From: a virus
DNA: 64,000 nt
Virus record (IMG/VR): IMGVR_UViG_3300037419_000871
Direction: 5' to 3' (one strand)
Below are positions 8,986 through 16,579 of this stretch, in pieces. The notes under the pieces are model-generated. The model ran no database searches and had not been told where the DNA came from. It worked only from the letters and a program-made list of their open reading frames with translations. Within the stretch, counting starts at the first letter, position 1. Each line of letters starts with the position of its first letter. The position numbers and the translations under genes are program-made.

Positions 8986-9351
8986 CTAATAAAACGCCTT
9001 CGGATCAAACCCATGCGTCGCACACACCTTCGCCGCCAGTTTTCTAAACGGCATGTTATGCACGTCTTCGCTCTTGCTGCGGCTTTCCATGCCGGTTAGC
9101 CGCAGATGCATATGCAGAATCTCATGGGCCATCGTCTCCATCAACGTCTTGGTGTGGCCGACCGTTGCCGACGACACTTCGATTGTGTGCGTCCCGTCCC
9201 AGATGTATTGAGCGAACATCTTGCGCGATCGGATAACACGAAACTTGATATCGTCGCCGTCAGGTAGGTTCCAGCTTTTGAATGGCGGTGTCGTGCAAAG
9301 ATAGTCGTATGCGGCGGCGAGGATTTCGGGTGTGAGTGGGAGGTGGGTCAT
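8986..9351 (-). CDS. SprT-like zinc metalloprotease domain protein
   Basis: TMAHEILHMH (HExxH) with later H..PF motif. Confidence 0.65.
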   Translation of the reverse strand: MTHLPLTPEILAAAYDYLCTTPPFKSWNLPDGDDIKFRVIRSRKMFAQYIWDGTHTIEVSSATVGHTKTLMETMAHEILHMHLRLTGMESRSKSEDVHNMPFRKLAAKVCATHGFDPKAFY

Positions 9352-9432
9352 GAAGCCTCGAAGTACTGAGTAATTTCCAACGCGATCAGGCAGGCAACAA
9401 TTACCAGACCGGCGAACAGCAGCGGGTCCACG

Positions 9433-9642
9433 CTACACCACCCTCATCGCCACTGGCGGCTGCGCGCCGAAGATCGTCAACTCAACCGCACCACCGCGCG
9501 ACATGCGTTGCAGTTCTTCCGCTGTCGGCACCCACTGCGTCACAACCGTCTTGCCGTCGCGCTTGGCCGGAAGGTCTTCGCAGGGAAGCTCTGCTGTGCC
9601 GCGGTACAGGGCATTGAAGCCGTCGAATTTGGTGGGTGTCAT
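9433..9642 (-). CDS. hypothetical phage protein
   Basis: CEDLPA...WVPTAEEL...QPPVAM. Confidence 0.7.
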   Translation of the reverse strand: MTPTKFDGFNALYRGTAELPCEDLPAKRDGKTVVTQWVPTAEELQRMSRGGAVELTIFGAQPPVAMRVV

Positions 9643-9809
9643 GCGGCACCTACCGGCGTAGGGGCGGCAAAAGCACTGTGCCCGCGCTCGATAAGCATTC
9701 GACGCGCCGCCTCAGATATCGTGATGCCCGGCTCATCGCAGGTTTCATCCGCAACGGGTATCATCCCGTCGATCAGTTCAATGACCGCCAAAGCCTGTTC
9801 CAAGTTCAT
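9639..9809 (-). CDS. small hypothetical protein (56 aa)
   Basis: Read by hand; ATGA-coupled on both sides. Confidence 0.55.
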   Translation of the reverse strand: MNLEQALAVIELIDGMIPVADETCDEPGITISEAARRMLIERGHSAFAAPTPVGAA

Positions 9810-11080
9810 GCCGCCGCTTTCCTTTCTTCATTATCATTCGCCGCAACCTGCAATCCACGCGACGGAGGGAAGCGCTTAATCACGCGCCCGCTTTCGCCGT
9901 CCTGTCTGTGCAGCGTCACCGATTGCATCGCGCTGCCCGATCGATACCCGTGCGCGTGCGCGAATGAATCTCGCGGCACAGGCTGGCTAAAGGACTCGCA
10001 AATCAGCGAGCCGATTTGCTTCTTTGTCTCGTGGTGAATGTGTCCAAAGATGCACCATCGATACAGGGACGCATTCCAGTATTCCGGATTATCTTCGGCC
10101 ATCATCACATACATACGATCAGGCTTCATCGTATGGCCGTGCGTGGCGCCCGTGTAGTTTACACCGAACAGATGGAAAAAGTGGTCGTTGTTGGCGTCTT
10201 CCGTATCGATCTCGACGCGCTCTTCATTTGCGTAAAACAGCCCCAAGGCGATGTTCAACCACATAGCCGACTCGGGGTCGTGGTTGCCTTTGAGGTTCTT
10301 TACGATGACGCGCTTGTGCCGCTGCAACGCCAAGTCAATCGTGGTCCGCAGCATATTGACGCCCGCCCACTTAACCTTGTGGCTGCGTCCATCAACGTCC
10401 AATTGGTGACCTGATGCCGGGGTTACGTTGCGCTGGTCGTCGGCGTGGAAGAAATCACCAGTGTTGATGATGACGCCGGTTTCAGCGGGCGGCGATTCGC
10501 CTATCAGGCGATGTAGCGTTCCACCGACACGGGACACGCCAATCTTCAGATCGTTGGATTCGCCAGTTTCCTTGACGTGTGCAAGCATCCCGATGTGTGG
10601 ATCGACTATTGGATAATAGTTGCACAGGTCCGCATAGGTTTCTCTCGGCGGCCGGACCAGCTTAGCGAAGCCTTTGTATTGGCCAAACTCGGTGTGGATG
10701 GCTGCGGCGAGCGCCATCGTGTCGGCTGAGTCCTCTCTTGTCTTCACCCACTTCTGGATAACCCGGCCTTCGGCATCCACCAGCGCGGACTCACCCTTGA
10801 TGGCGTGACCATCAATCGGCGCATATACCTCGCCCGGCTCCTTCGTTTGCTTGACCCAAGCGTCACCGACCTTTGCCGCCACGCTCTTGATGGCAAATCC
10901 TGGCATTGCTGCCGGGTGTTCCAATAGCATCCCCTTCTCAGCCGCCCTCCGTAGCCGCGATTGCACGGTTTCCCGCGCCAGCCCCATGGCCTTAGCCGTG
11001 GCGGACTGGTTGCGATCGCACGCGGTATAGGCGGCTACCGTGGCCGCAAGGTCTTCGTCGCTGACTGGTGGTGTGCTCAT
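9806..11080 (-). CDS. N-terminal HTH + calcineurin-like metallophosphoesterase
   Basis: NQSATAKAMGLARETVQSRL HTH; DPHIG, GDFFHAD, GNHD, HGH, GHIHH metal motifs. Confidence 0.8.
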   Translation of the reverse strand: MSTPPVSDEDLAATVAAYTACDRNQSATAKAMGLARETVQSRLRRAAEKGMLLEHPAAMPGFAIKSVAAKVGDAWVKQTKEPGEVYAPIDGHAIKGESALVDAEGRVIQKWVKTREDSADTMALAAAIHTEFGQYKGFAKLVRPPRETYADLCNYYPIVDPHIGMLAHVKETGESNDLKIGVSRVGGTLHRLIGESPPAETGVIINTGDFFHADDQRNVTPASGHQLDVDGRSHKVKWAGVNMLRTTIDLALQRHKRVIVKNLKGNHDPESAMWLNIALGLFYANEERVEIDTEDANNDHFFHLFGVNYTGATHGHTMKPDRMYVMMAEDNPEYWNASLYRWCIFGHIHHETKKQIGSLICESFSQPVPRDSFAHAHGYRSGSAMQSVTLHRQDGESGRVIKRFPPSRGLQVAANDNEERKAAA

Positions 11081-11221
11081 GAAGCCCCGTTGGATTGTGT
11101 TGACAATGATATTTGAGCCTGCGCGCGGGATTTTCGGACCGGCTAAGAAAATTTAGGCGCGGCGTCGACAGTGAAAGACAACCCTACCTCCCTCCCGCGG
11201 GCGAAGGATTAGGGAGACCGG

Positions 11222-11259
11222 CAAAGAAAAATTTGGCCCCGATTTACGGGGCCTGCTTT
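11222..11259 (-). terminator. terminator after lysis cassette
   Basis: minus strand GGCCCCG-taaat-CGGGGCC followed by AAATTTTTCTTT. Confidence 0.6.
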
Positions 11260-11389
11260 TGGTGCTGTGCAACATAATAAGGACTGGCCGGGTCCACCCG
11301 GGCTGCGTGGTTATCCAAGGCCAGCCCGAGCGCCATGGCGAACGGGAGCAAGAACCCCAGCGCCACGGCCCAATCTATAATTCCCTCGA

Positions 11390-11686
11390 TCACGGCTTCG
11401 GCACGAAGTGCATTAGGAATGTATCGAAACGGTCACCAAGCCGGTTGACCGCGTCGGTAAACTCCTTGAGCGTTTCGCGGCTGACGTACTCAGACGCGAC
11501 GTGCTCTTTGTGGTCGGCCAGTTCGCGGGCCAACTCTACGGCCCTCGCGCTCGCCCCCGAGGCCAGTGTCTCGGCCGCCGTAATGCGCCCATCGGCGGTA
11601 GTCAGGCGTCCGGACAGTTTCCATATCCAACCCACCACCGCCAAAAGAACGGTCACTGCGACGCCGGCAATTGCTTCAATGCCCAT
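11390..11686 (-). CDS. lysis-region membrane protein (holin/antiholin-like)
   Basis: One N-terminal TM helix then coiled coil, EYVSRE motif. Confidence 0.65.
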   Translation of the reverse strand: MGIEAIAGVAVTVLLAVVGWIWKLSGRLTTADGRITAAETLASGASARAVELARELADHKEHVASEYVSRETLKEFTDAVNRLGDRFDTFLMHFVPKP

Positions 11687-11958
11687 CACCGCCACCTCTT
11701 TTGCAAGTCGCCGTACCAGGCCAGAAACCGATTTCCGCACGCCTGCATGACGGCAGAGCGGACACGATCCTGCTTCCACAGGGATTCGACTTCGGCCACG
11801 GTTAGGGCCTTGGCTGGCACCTTCACCGGACCTCGCCGGAAGCACGCCTGAATGTCAGCGGGGACCGTGGGCAGCGCCCCCGAGGTGGTGCCGGAAGGCT
11901 GGCAACCGGCCAGCATGAGGCCCGCCACTAGCGCGGCGGCTGCTACAGTGTATTTCAA
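11686..11958 (-). CDS. o-spanin (Rz1-like lipoprotein)
   Basis: TTG start, signal peptide and lipobox LAGC, Pro-rich; follows i-spanin. Confidence 0.75.
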   Translation of the reverse strand: MKYTVAAAALVAGLMLAGCQPSGTTSGALPTVPADIQACFRRGPVKVPAKALTVAEVESLWKQDRVRSAVMQACGNRFLAWYGDLQKRWR

Positions 11959-12356
11959 TGGATATCTCCCACCCTCTTCGCCGCATCTTCCGGAAGGCAC
12001 TGGTTGTTATTGGACGGCGTCTGTGCCGCCAGCGCCTCCAGTTCTGCAATTCTGGCATTAGCTGCCAAGGCGCGCTTGACGTCGGCCTGATTGACGTCGC
12101 GCAGCGTGTCCAGTCGGCCTTGCAACACTTTGGTTTGCTCCGCGACCTCCTCGGTTACGCGGCGGTCGTACCCGTTCTTATCGAACTGTTGCGCGTACAG
12201 GCCGGCAGCAGCCACCACCAAGGCCGCAACGGCAACCTTCCAGTTCTTCGCGAACCACGCCACCGCGCCCAACGCCACGACGGCAAGCACGACCACTAGA
12301 ACAAGCGCGAGGTTCGCGCCCAAATACGAAAGCAACCACACTAACGCGGCCCCCAC
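11955..12356 (-). CDS. i-spanin (Rz-like)
   Basis: N-terminal TM segments and periplasmic coiled coil with C-terminal Cys; downstream of endolysin. Confidence 0.75.
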   Translation of the reverse strand: MGAALVWLLSYLGANLALVLVVVLAVVALGAVAWFAKNWKVAVAALVVAAAGLYAQQFDKNGYDRRVTEEVAEQTKVLQGRLDTLRDVNQADVKRALAANARIAELEALAAQTPSNNNQCLPEDAAKRVGDIH

Positions 12357-12418
12357 GATGCAATGATAATGATGACTATGATGATGACTGCGGCCAGCCC
12401 GAGCGGTCCAAGCAACAT
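12341..12418 (-). CDS. 25-aa single-pass membrane peptide
   Basis: MLLGPLGLAAVIIIVIIIIASWGPR with GGAGG RBS; between endolysin and i-spanin. Confidence 0.55.
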   Translation of the reverse strand: MLLGPLGLAAVIIIVIIIIASWGPR

Positions 12419-12475
12419 GCGCGCCTCCACTATCGGGGTGGCGCGGGTGCGCCTACGTAGCTACAGCCCGCATGG

Positions 12476-12955
12476 CTACAGGCCGGTAAGACACAGGCGT
12501 TCTTCGGCCTTGCGCCGGTTATCCAGCCCGCGCACCACCTTGCCGCCCGCCCGGTTGTAAAGCCGCAGCGCGTGGCATGCGCCGCGGAAGTCGCCCGCCT
12601 TCAAGGCGCGAACCATGCTAGAATTGCAGAACGCGCCTGATCCGAAGTTGTACGCGCCCGACACGAACGCCACGCGCATGTTGTCGGTCAGTTTGGCCTC
12701 AATGAATGGCCCCCAGCACGACGATATCTCGGCGTAATAGCGGGGCAGTTTCTGCGCCAACAGATCGCGGCATTCCTGCTTGCTGTATTGCCGGTTTTCG
12801 ACGTTCTCGGTTTCGCCATAGCAAACCGTCACCACGCCAACGATGTCCCGGTACGGCTTGGTGTACAGCCCCTCCCACGGCATGACGAACAACGCCGCGG
12901 CCAGCGCCACGCCAGCCGCCAGGCCAGCGCCTTTTTTGGCATTCGGTCGGGGCAT
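12476..12955 (-). CDS. endolysin, GH24 lysozyme, probable SAR type
   Basis: WEG...YRDIVGVVTVCYGET (E-D-T triad), GLDNRRKAE; Ala/Gly-rich N-terminal anchor. Confidence 0.92.
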   Translation of the reverse strand: MPRPNAKKGAGLAAGVALAAALFVMPWEGLYTKPYRDIVGVVTVCYGETENVENRQYSKQECRDLLAQKLPRYYAEISSCWGPFIEAKLTDNMRVAFVSGAYNFGSGAFCNSSMVRALKAGDFRGACHALRLYNRAGGKVVRGLDNRRKAEERLCLTGL

Positions 12956-13194
12956 TAGGCCTCCGCCCCCGGCTGCTTAAGCAAGCGCGCCCCGATCAGG
13001 ACGGCCCAGCCCAGCGTGTTGAGTACCAGAAACCAGACAGGCGGCATGACGTACACAAACGCCGCCAGCCCAAGCATCGCGCCGTTCAAGGCCCCGAAGA
13101 ACAGACCGACGCGGATAGACCACAGGCGGGTTAATTCGGTGCGCCAGCGGGGGATTAGGCGCAAACGGGCGCTGCCCGGTAAGGGGTTGGCCAT
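12955..13194 (-). CDS. holin/pinholin
   Basis: 79 aa, two TM helices, WSIR motif, coupled to endolysin. Confidence 0.7.
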   Translation of the reverse strand: MANPLPGSARLRLIPRWRTELTRLWSIRVGLFFGALNGAMLGLAAFVYVMPPVWFLVLNTLGWAVLIGARLLKQPGAEA

Positions 13195-13294
13195 AGGTTC
13201 TCGTCCTCTGAATTGGAGGTGGGGGTGAACTAGCGGGTTGCGGTTGGTTTGGTGCGGTGTTTAAGTCCGTCCCGGAACATGGGCACGGGGCAAA

Positions 13295-13681
13295 ATGCGG
13301 TACTTGATCGTTGTTGCGTCTCTCGCGCTGGCCGGATGTAGCGGCCTTCAATGGGACAGCGGAGTGACCTGGGCTCCTGATTTCATTAAGCAGGAACAGT
13401 CGAAGCCATCATCTATCGAACCAGAGCCGCTTCCCGACGTAGCGGCCATCGTCAAAACGCAAGGCGCTAAAACTTTCTCAAATCTTCAATCGATCCAGAT
13501 CAGCGAACCTTGGCCCGACAGTAATCACTGGAAACTCTGCGCAAGGGTCCGCAGCCTGAGCGTAACGGGGGCGCCGGTCAGCGGCACCTACACCGTTAAT
13601 GTTGTTGGTGGGAATCTCCGTGACCCTCGCCTCGACACCGCCGGCGTCTGCACAAAGTTGAAATATAGAGCACCGGTCTAA
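13295..13681 (+). CDS. lipoprotein (moron)
   Basis: MRYLIVVASLALAGC lipobox; opposite strand to late genes. Confidence 0.8.
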   Translation: MRYLIVVASLALAGCSGLQWDSGVTWAPDFIKQEQSKPSSIEPEPLPDVAAIVKTQGAKTFSNLQSIQISEPWPDSNHWKLCARVRSLSVTGAPVSGTYTVNVVGGNLRDPRLDTAGVCTKLKYRAPV

Positions 13682-13786
13682 AGTAGCAGCGAAGAACCGT
13701 GGTTATCGATCGCATGCACACAGCGGCCCGTTGAAAGGGAACAACAGCAGTGTTACAACCCGACCTTTAAACGAAGGGTTGTAATT

Positions 13787-13990
13787 ATGGATTTGCGAGA
13801 AAATTTTGGGCCGTTTATTGGAATTTTGTCAGCGATTTCAATGCTTTTTCTATTTGCTTACACTGTCTACCTTGATAGCCCACAATATCTGCGTGAGCAG
13901 ATCGCCTTTGAATGCCAGCATTCACCGAAAGCGTGCGGGAAAGCGGAGCATGTGCGCGTAAGCGACCGCATCGGAAACATGCAGAAGTAA
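13787..13990 (+). CDS. small single-TM protein (moron)
   Basis: GPFIGILSAISMLFLFAYTVYL TM, CxxxPxxC. Confidence 0.6.
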   Translation: MDLRENFGPFIGILSAISMLFLFAYTVYLDSPQYLREQIAFECQHSPKACGKAEHVRVSDRIGNMQK

Positions 13991-15304
13991 GCCGTTCGGG
14001 AAGACATCCGGACGCGCCGCGACGGTATCGAGAATGGTGTCTCTAACCGTCGGCTCCCACGCATCCAAAAGCATCAAATGCGTGAACAGCAGGCCACGAG
14101 AGTATCCTATCCTTTCGCTGGTCCCACCCGTGACCCGCAAGTCCATTTTCCCGATGAATGTGTTGATTGATCGATTCTGACGGATGACGAGACCAAGAAC
14201 CGACCAGAGAAGCCCGACGCGAACACCCTCATCAAGTTTCAGCCCGCTTTCGTCGAGATAGACTAAGGCCGGCAGGGTGATCGCGGCCTTCCAAAATTGT
14301 TCCTCGTACTGATCTTTCGGCAGAACCTGATAGGGCCAGCTGAGCGCTGTGCGTCCGATCTCTGTGTTCATCGGCGTCGCGTGCGCGACGAAGTAATGCT
14401 CGAATCCGACAGCGAAGTCGCGAAAAGCCGGATCGCCTCCATACTGAAATGCAAGCATTGATGCTTCCGCAAACGCTGCCATGTGATTGATCGCGTCGTG
14501 TTCCCCGCTCCAGAGATTGCGGAAATATCGCTGATCGCCCTCGATGACTTGCTCGGCTAGGTACGGTTTCAGGATTGCGATGCCGCGCTCAGCAAACGAT
14601 AGAATCTCTTCTTTCCGCTTGGCGTCGAACTCTTTGTAGCCTCGAATGTCGAGCGCAAGCCGTATCATCGGGGTTATGATTCGCGCCGGCAGAGTGATCT
14701 CCCTGCCCGGCTTGCCCGGCTCGTTCAGGCTCCAACCATCGATATTGTCCCGGCCGAAGCTATCCTTGCGGCCCAGCACACGGTCGGTGTGTGCAAACGC
14801 TTGGCGCGCACCACGCAAAAACATGTCGATATATCGAAGATCGAACGTCGCCATGAAGGCGTCGATCTCTGCGTTCGCGGCGTAAGCCCATCCCCAGGCC
14901 AACGCGCTTCCGGGATCGGTCGTCAAATCACTGTTGGCGAGTGCGGCATCCCGTTCAGCCAAAAACTGATACAGCACCTCATGTGAGGCTGGCAGCTTTA
15001 TAAAAGCGAAGTACGCTTTCCGACAGGCGACATCCAATTCCATCGGATCAGGCCTGCGGGCGGCAAGTTTTTCAAGCGCGGAGATAGTGTCCTGAAAGCT
15101 GTGCTCGTCCGGGAAAAGTGAGAACGCGGCTTCAACGGTGCTCCGGCTAATTCGTCTGGACAGAAGGTCCTTTTGCAGATCGTTATACGATGCAAGTGGC
15201 GTGCGGGCGAACTTAGAGAGGGGCGGCTCGATGCCGTCATGACCCGGGAGCAAGAGCCCAGCCAAGAGGACGGTCACAGCAAAAAACGCTCGAAAGATCA
15301 TGCA
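13922..15304 (-). CDS. exported hypothetical protein, possible (alpha/alpha)-barrel carbohydrate-active fold
   Basis: Signal-like MIFRAFFAVTVLLAGLLLPG; helical aromatic-rich repeats; start may be 15304-15349. Confidence 0.6.
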   Translation of the reverse strand, partial: CMIFRAFFAVTVLLAGLLLPGHDGIEPPLSKFARTPLASYNDLQKDLLSRRISRSTVEAAFSLFPDEHSFQDTISALEKLAARRPDPMELDVACRKAYFAFIKLPASHEVLYQFLAERDAALANSDLTTDPGSALAWGWAYAANAEIDAFMATFDLRYIDMFLRGARQAFAHTDRVLGRKDSFGRDNIDGWSLNEPGKPGREITLPARIITPMIRLALDIRGYKEFDAKRKEEILSFAERGIAILKPYLAEQVIEGDQRYFRNLWSGEHDAINHMAAFAEASMLAFQYGGDPAFRDFAVGFEHYFVAHATPMNTEIGRTALSWPYQVLPKDQYEEQFWKAAITLPALVYLDESGLKLDEGVRVGLLWSVLGLVIRQNRSINTFIGKMDLRVTGGTSERIGYSRGLLFTHLMLLDAWEPTVRDTILDTVAARPDVFPNGLLLHVSDAVAYAHMLRFPARFR

Positions 15305-15397
15305 GGTTCCCGGGTCGAGTACGCCTGCATAAGCATTTGACAAGCACAAATCCAGTGGGCAGTTTCTCTCCGTTCATCCTCCCTCCAAGTTCATCCC

Positions 15398-16579
15398 ATG
15401 ACCCGATTTTCTTATTTCGCGCTGCCCATTTGCTCGGTTCTGTTCTTATTTTCGGCATTCTACAAAAACTTAGTTCCATCCCCCGTCGACCTGTCCGTGG
15501 TCGCCGGCGCGCTGGTCTGTATCTGCTTGGTCCCATGGTGGCGGTCCTTCGCTGGTTTGAAGCAGCCTCTCGTGCTTCTGATTTTGGCGCTGAACCTGTA
15601 CCTAGCCATCAGATTGTTCCCCGAGTACCCCAACTGGGGAATGCGAAAATTGACAGCGGCATTTCTATTCGGCCTGCCGGCGCTATGCGCTGGGTATGTT
15701 ATCGCGAGTGATGGTAGACTTCGCGGGGTGACGATGTGGACATTCTCGCTGTTGTCGATCCCCCTCGCCGCAATCGTAGTCATCGAATCTCTGTCTAGCC
15801 CACTCGATTTTTCCACGATTGGCGGGTCAGGATATCAGATCACCGGAATGTTCTTCGCATTCGCGATGATTGCTAGCGCAGTTCTCGCTAACCCCTACAC
15901 CATGGCGGCGTCAGTCATCGGCGCCTTGGTTTGCGGCAATATCACAGGCATCGCGTTTGGCGGTGCCGCCGTTATTCTCATATGGCTGCGGCGGTGGGAC
16001 TTAAAAGATGTTTTAAAACAGGCTGCATGGTCTTTGGCAGTCGTCGTCGCCTACACCATTTTAGTAGCTCCGCCGCTGGCGATTCAGCGGACTCTGTTGA
16101 CCTCTCTCGGGCTAGCCAAGCGCACCGAACTAGTTGAACCGCCGAAAGCCAGCGCCACCGTTCCGGAGATGTTTAAATCGATCACCACCAATCCGGACAA
16201 GCTCGAAGAGAACGCCACCACAAGCACTGAACGTCTCGACATCTGGAAGGCCGCGATCAAAAAGATTGAGCAAAAGCCTTTTTGGGGCTGGGGCTACGGC
16301 GACGTTAAATACGGAGCGGCCACCATGGCACACAACGTATTTCTCGAAATGCTCGCAGAAGGCGGCCTCATCGCGTTCGGTCTGATGCTCGCAATCTTCG
16401 TCGTTGCCTTTAGGCAGGTCTGGCTTGCTAACGACAGCTTGGCGCTTGGCTTCTTGTTGCTCGTGTCGCTGGATCTGATGATTTCTGCGATTTGGGGTTT
16501 ACGGATTTCGCTATTTGCGTTCGGGCTGGCCGCCGGGGCGGCCTACCATAAAGTCAAAAGCCCTCAGCCTCCCACTTGA
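15398..16579 (+). CDS. O-antigen ligase/polymerase family (WaaL/Wzy_C) membrane protein
   Basis: About 11-12 TM helices; periplasmic ERLDIWKAAI..KPFWGWGYG...AHNVFLEMLAEGG signature. Confidence 0.85.
   Translation: MTRFSYFALPICSVLFLFSAFYKNLVPSPVDLSVVAGALVCICLVPWWRSFAGLKQPLVLLILALNLYLAIRLFPEYPNWGMRKLTAAFLFGLPALCAGYVIASDGRLRGVTMWTFSLLSIPLAAIVVIESLSSPLDFSTIGGSGYQITGMFFAFAMIASAVLANPYTMAASVIGALVCGNITGIAFGGAAVILIWLRRWDLKDVLKQAAWSLAVVVAYTILVAPPLAIQRTLLTSLGLAKRTELVEPPKASATVPEMFKSITTNPDKLEENATTSTERLDIWKAAIKKIEQKPFWGWGYGDVKYGAATMAHNVFLEMLAEGGLIAFGLMLAIFVVAFRQVWLANDSLALGFLLLVSLDLMISAIWGLRISLFAFGLAAGAAYHKVKSPQPPT

Noticed and set aside
11095-11125. Plus-strand TTGACA promoter-like hexamer
   Set aside because: No matching -10 and no plus-strand gene downstream; insufficient support
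12363-12560. Met-rich ORF MIMMTMMMT
   Set aside because: Reverse-complement artefact of the Ile-rich 25-aa peptide on the minus strand
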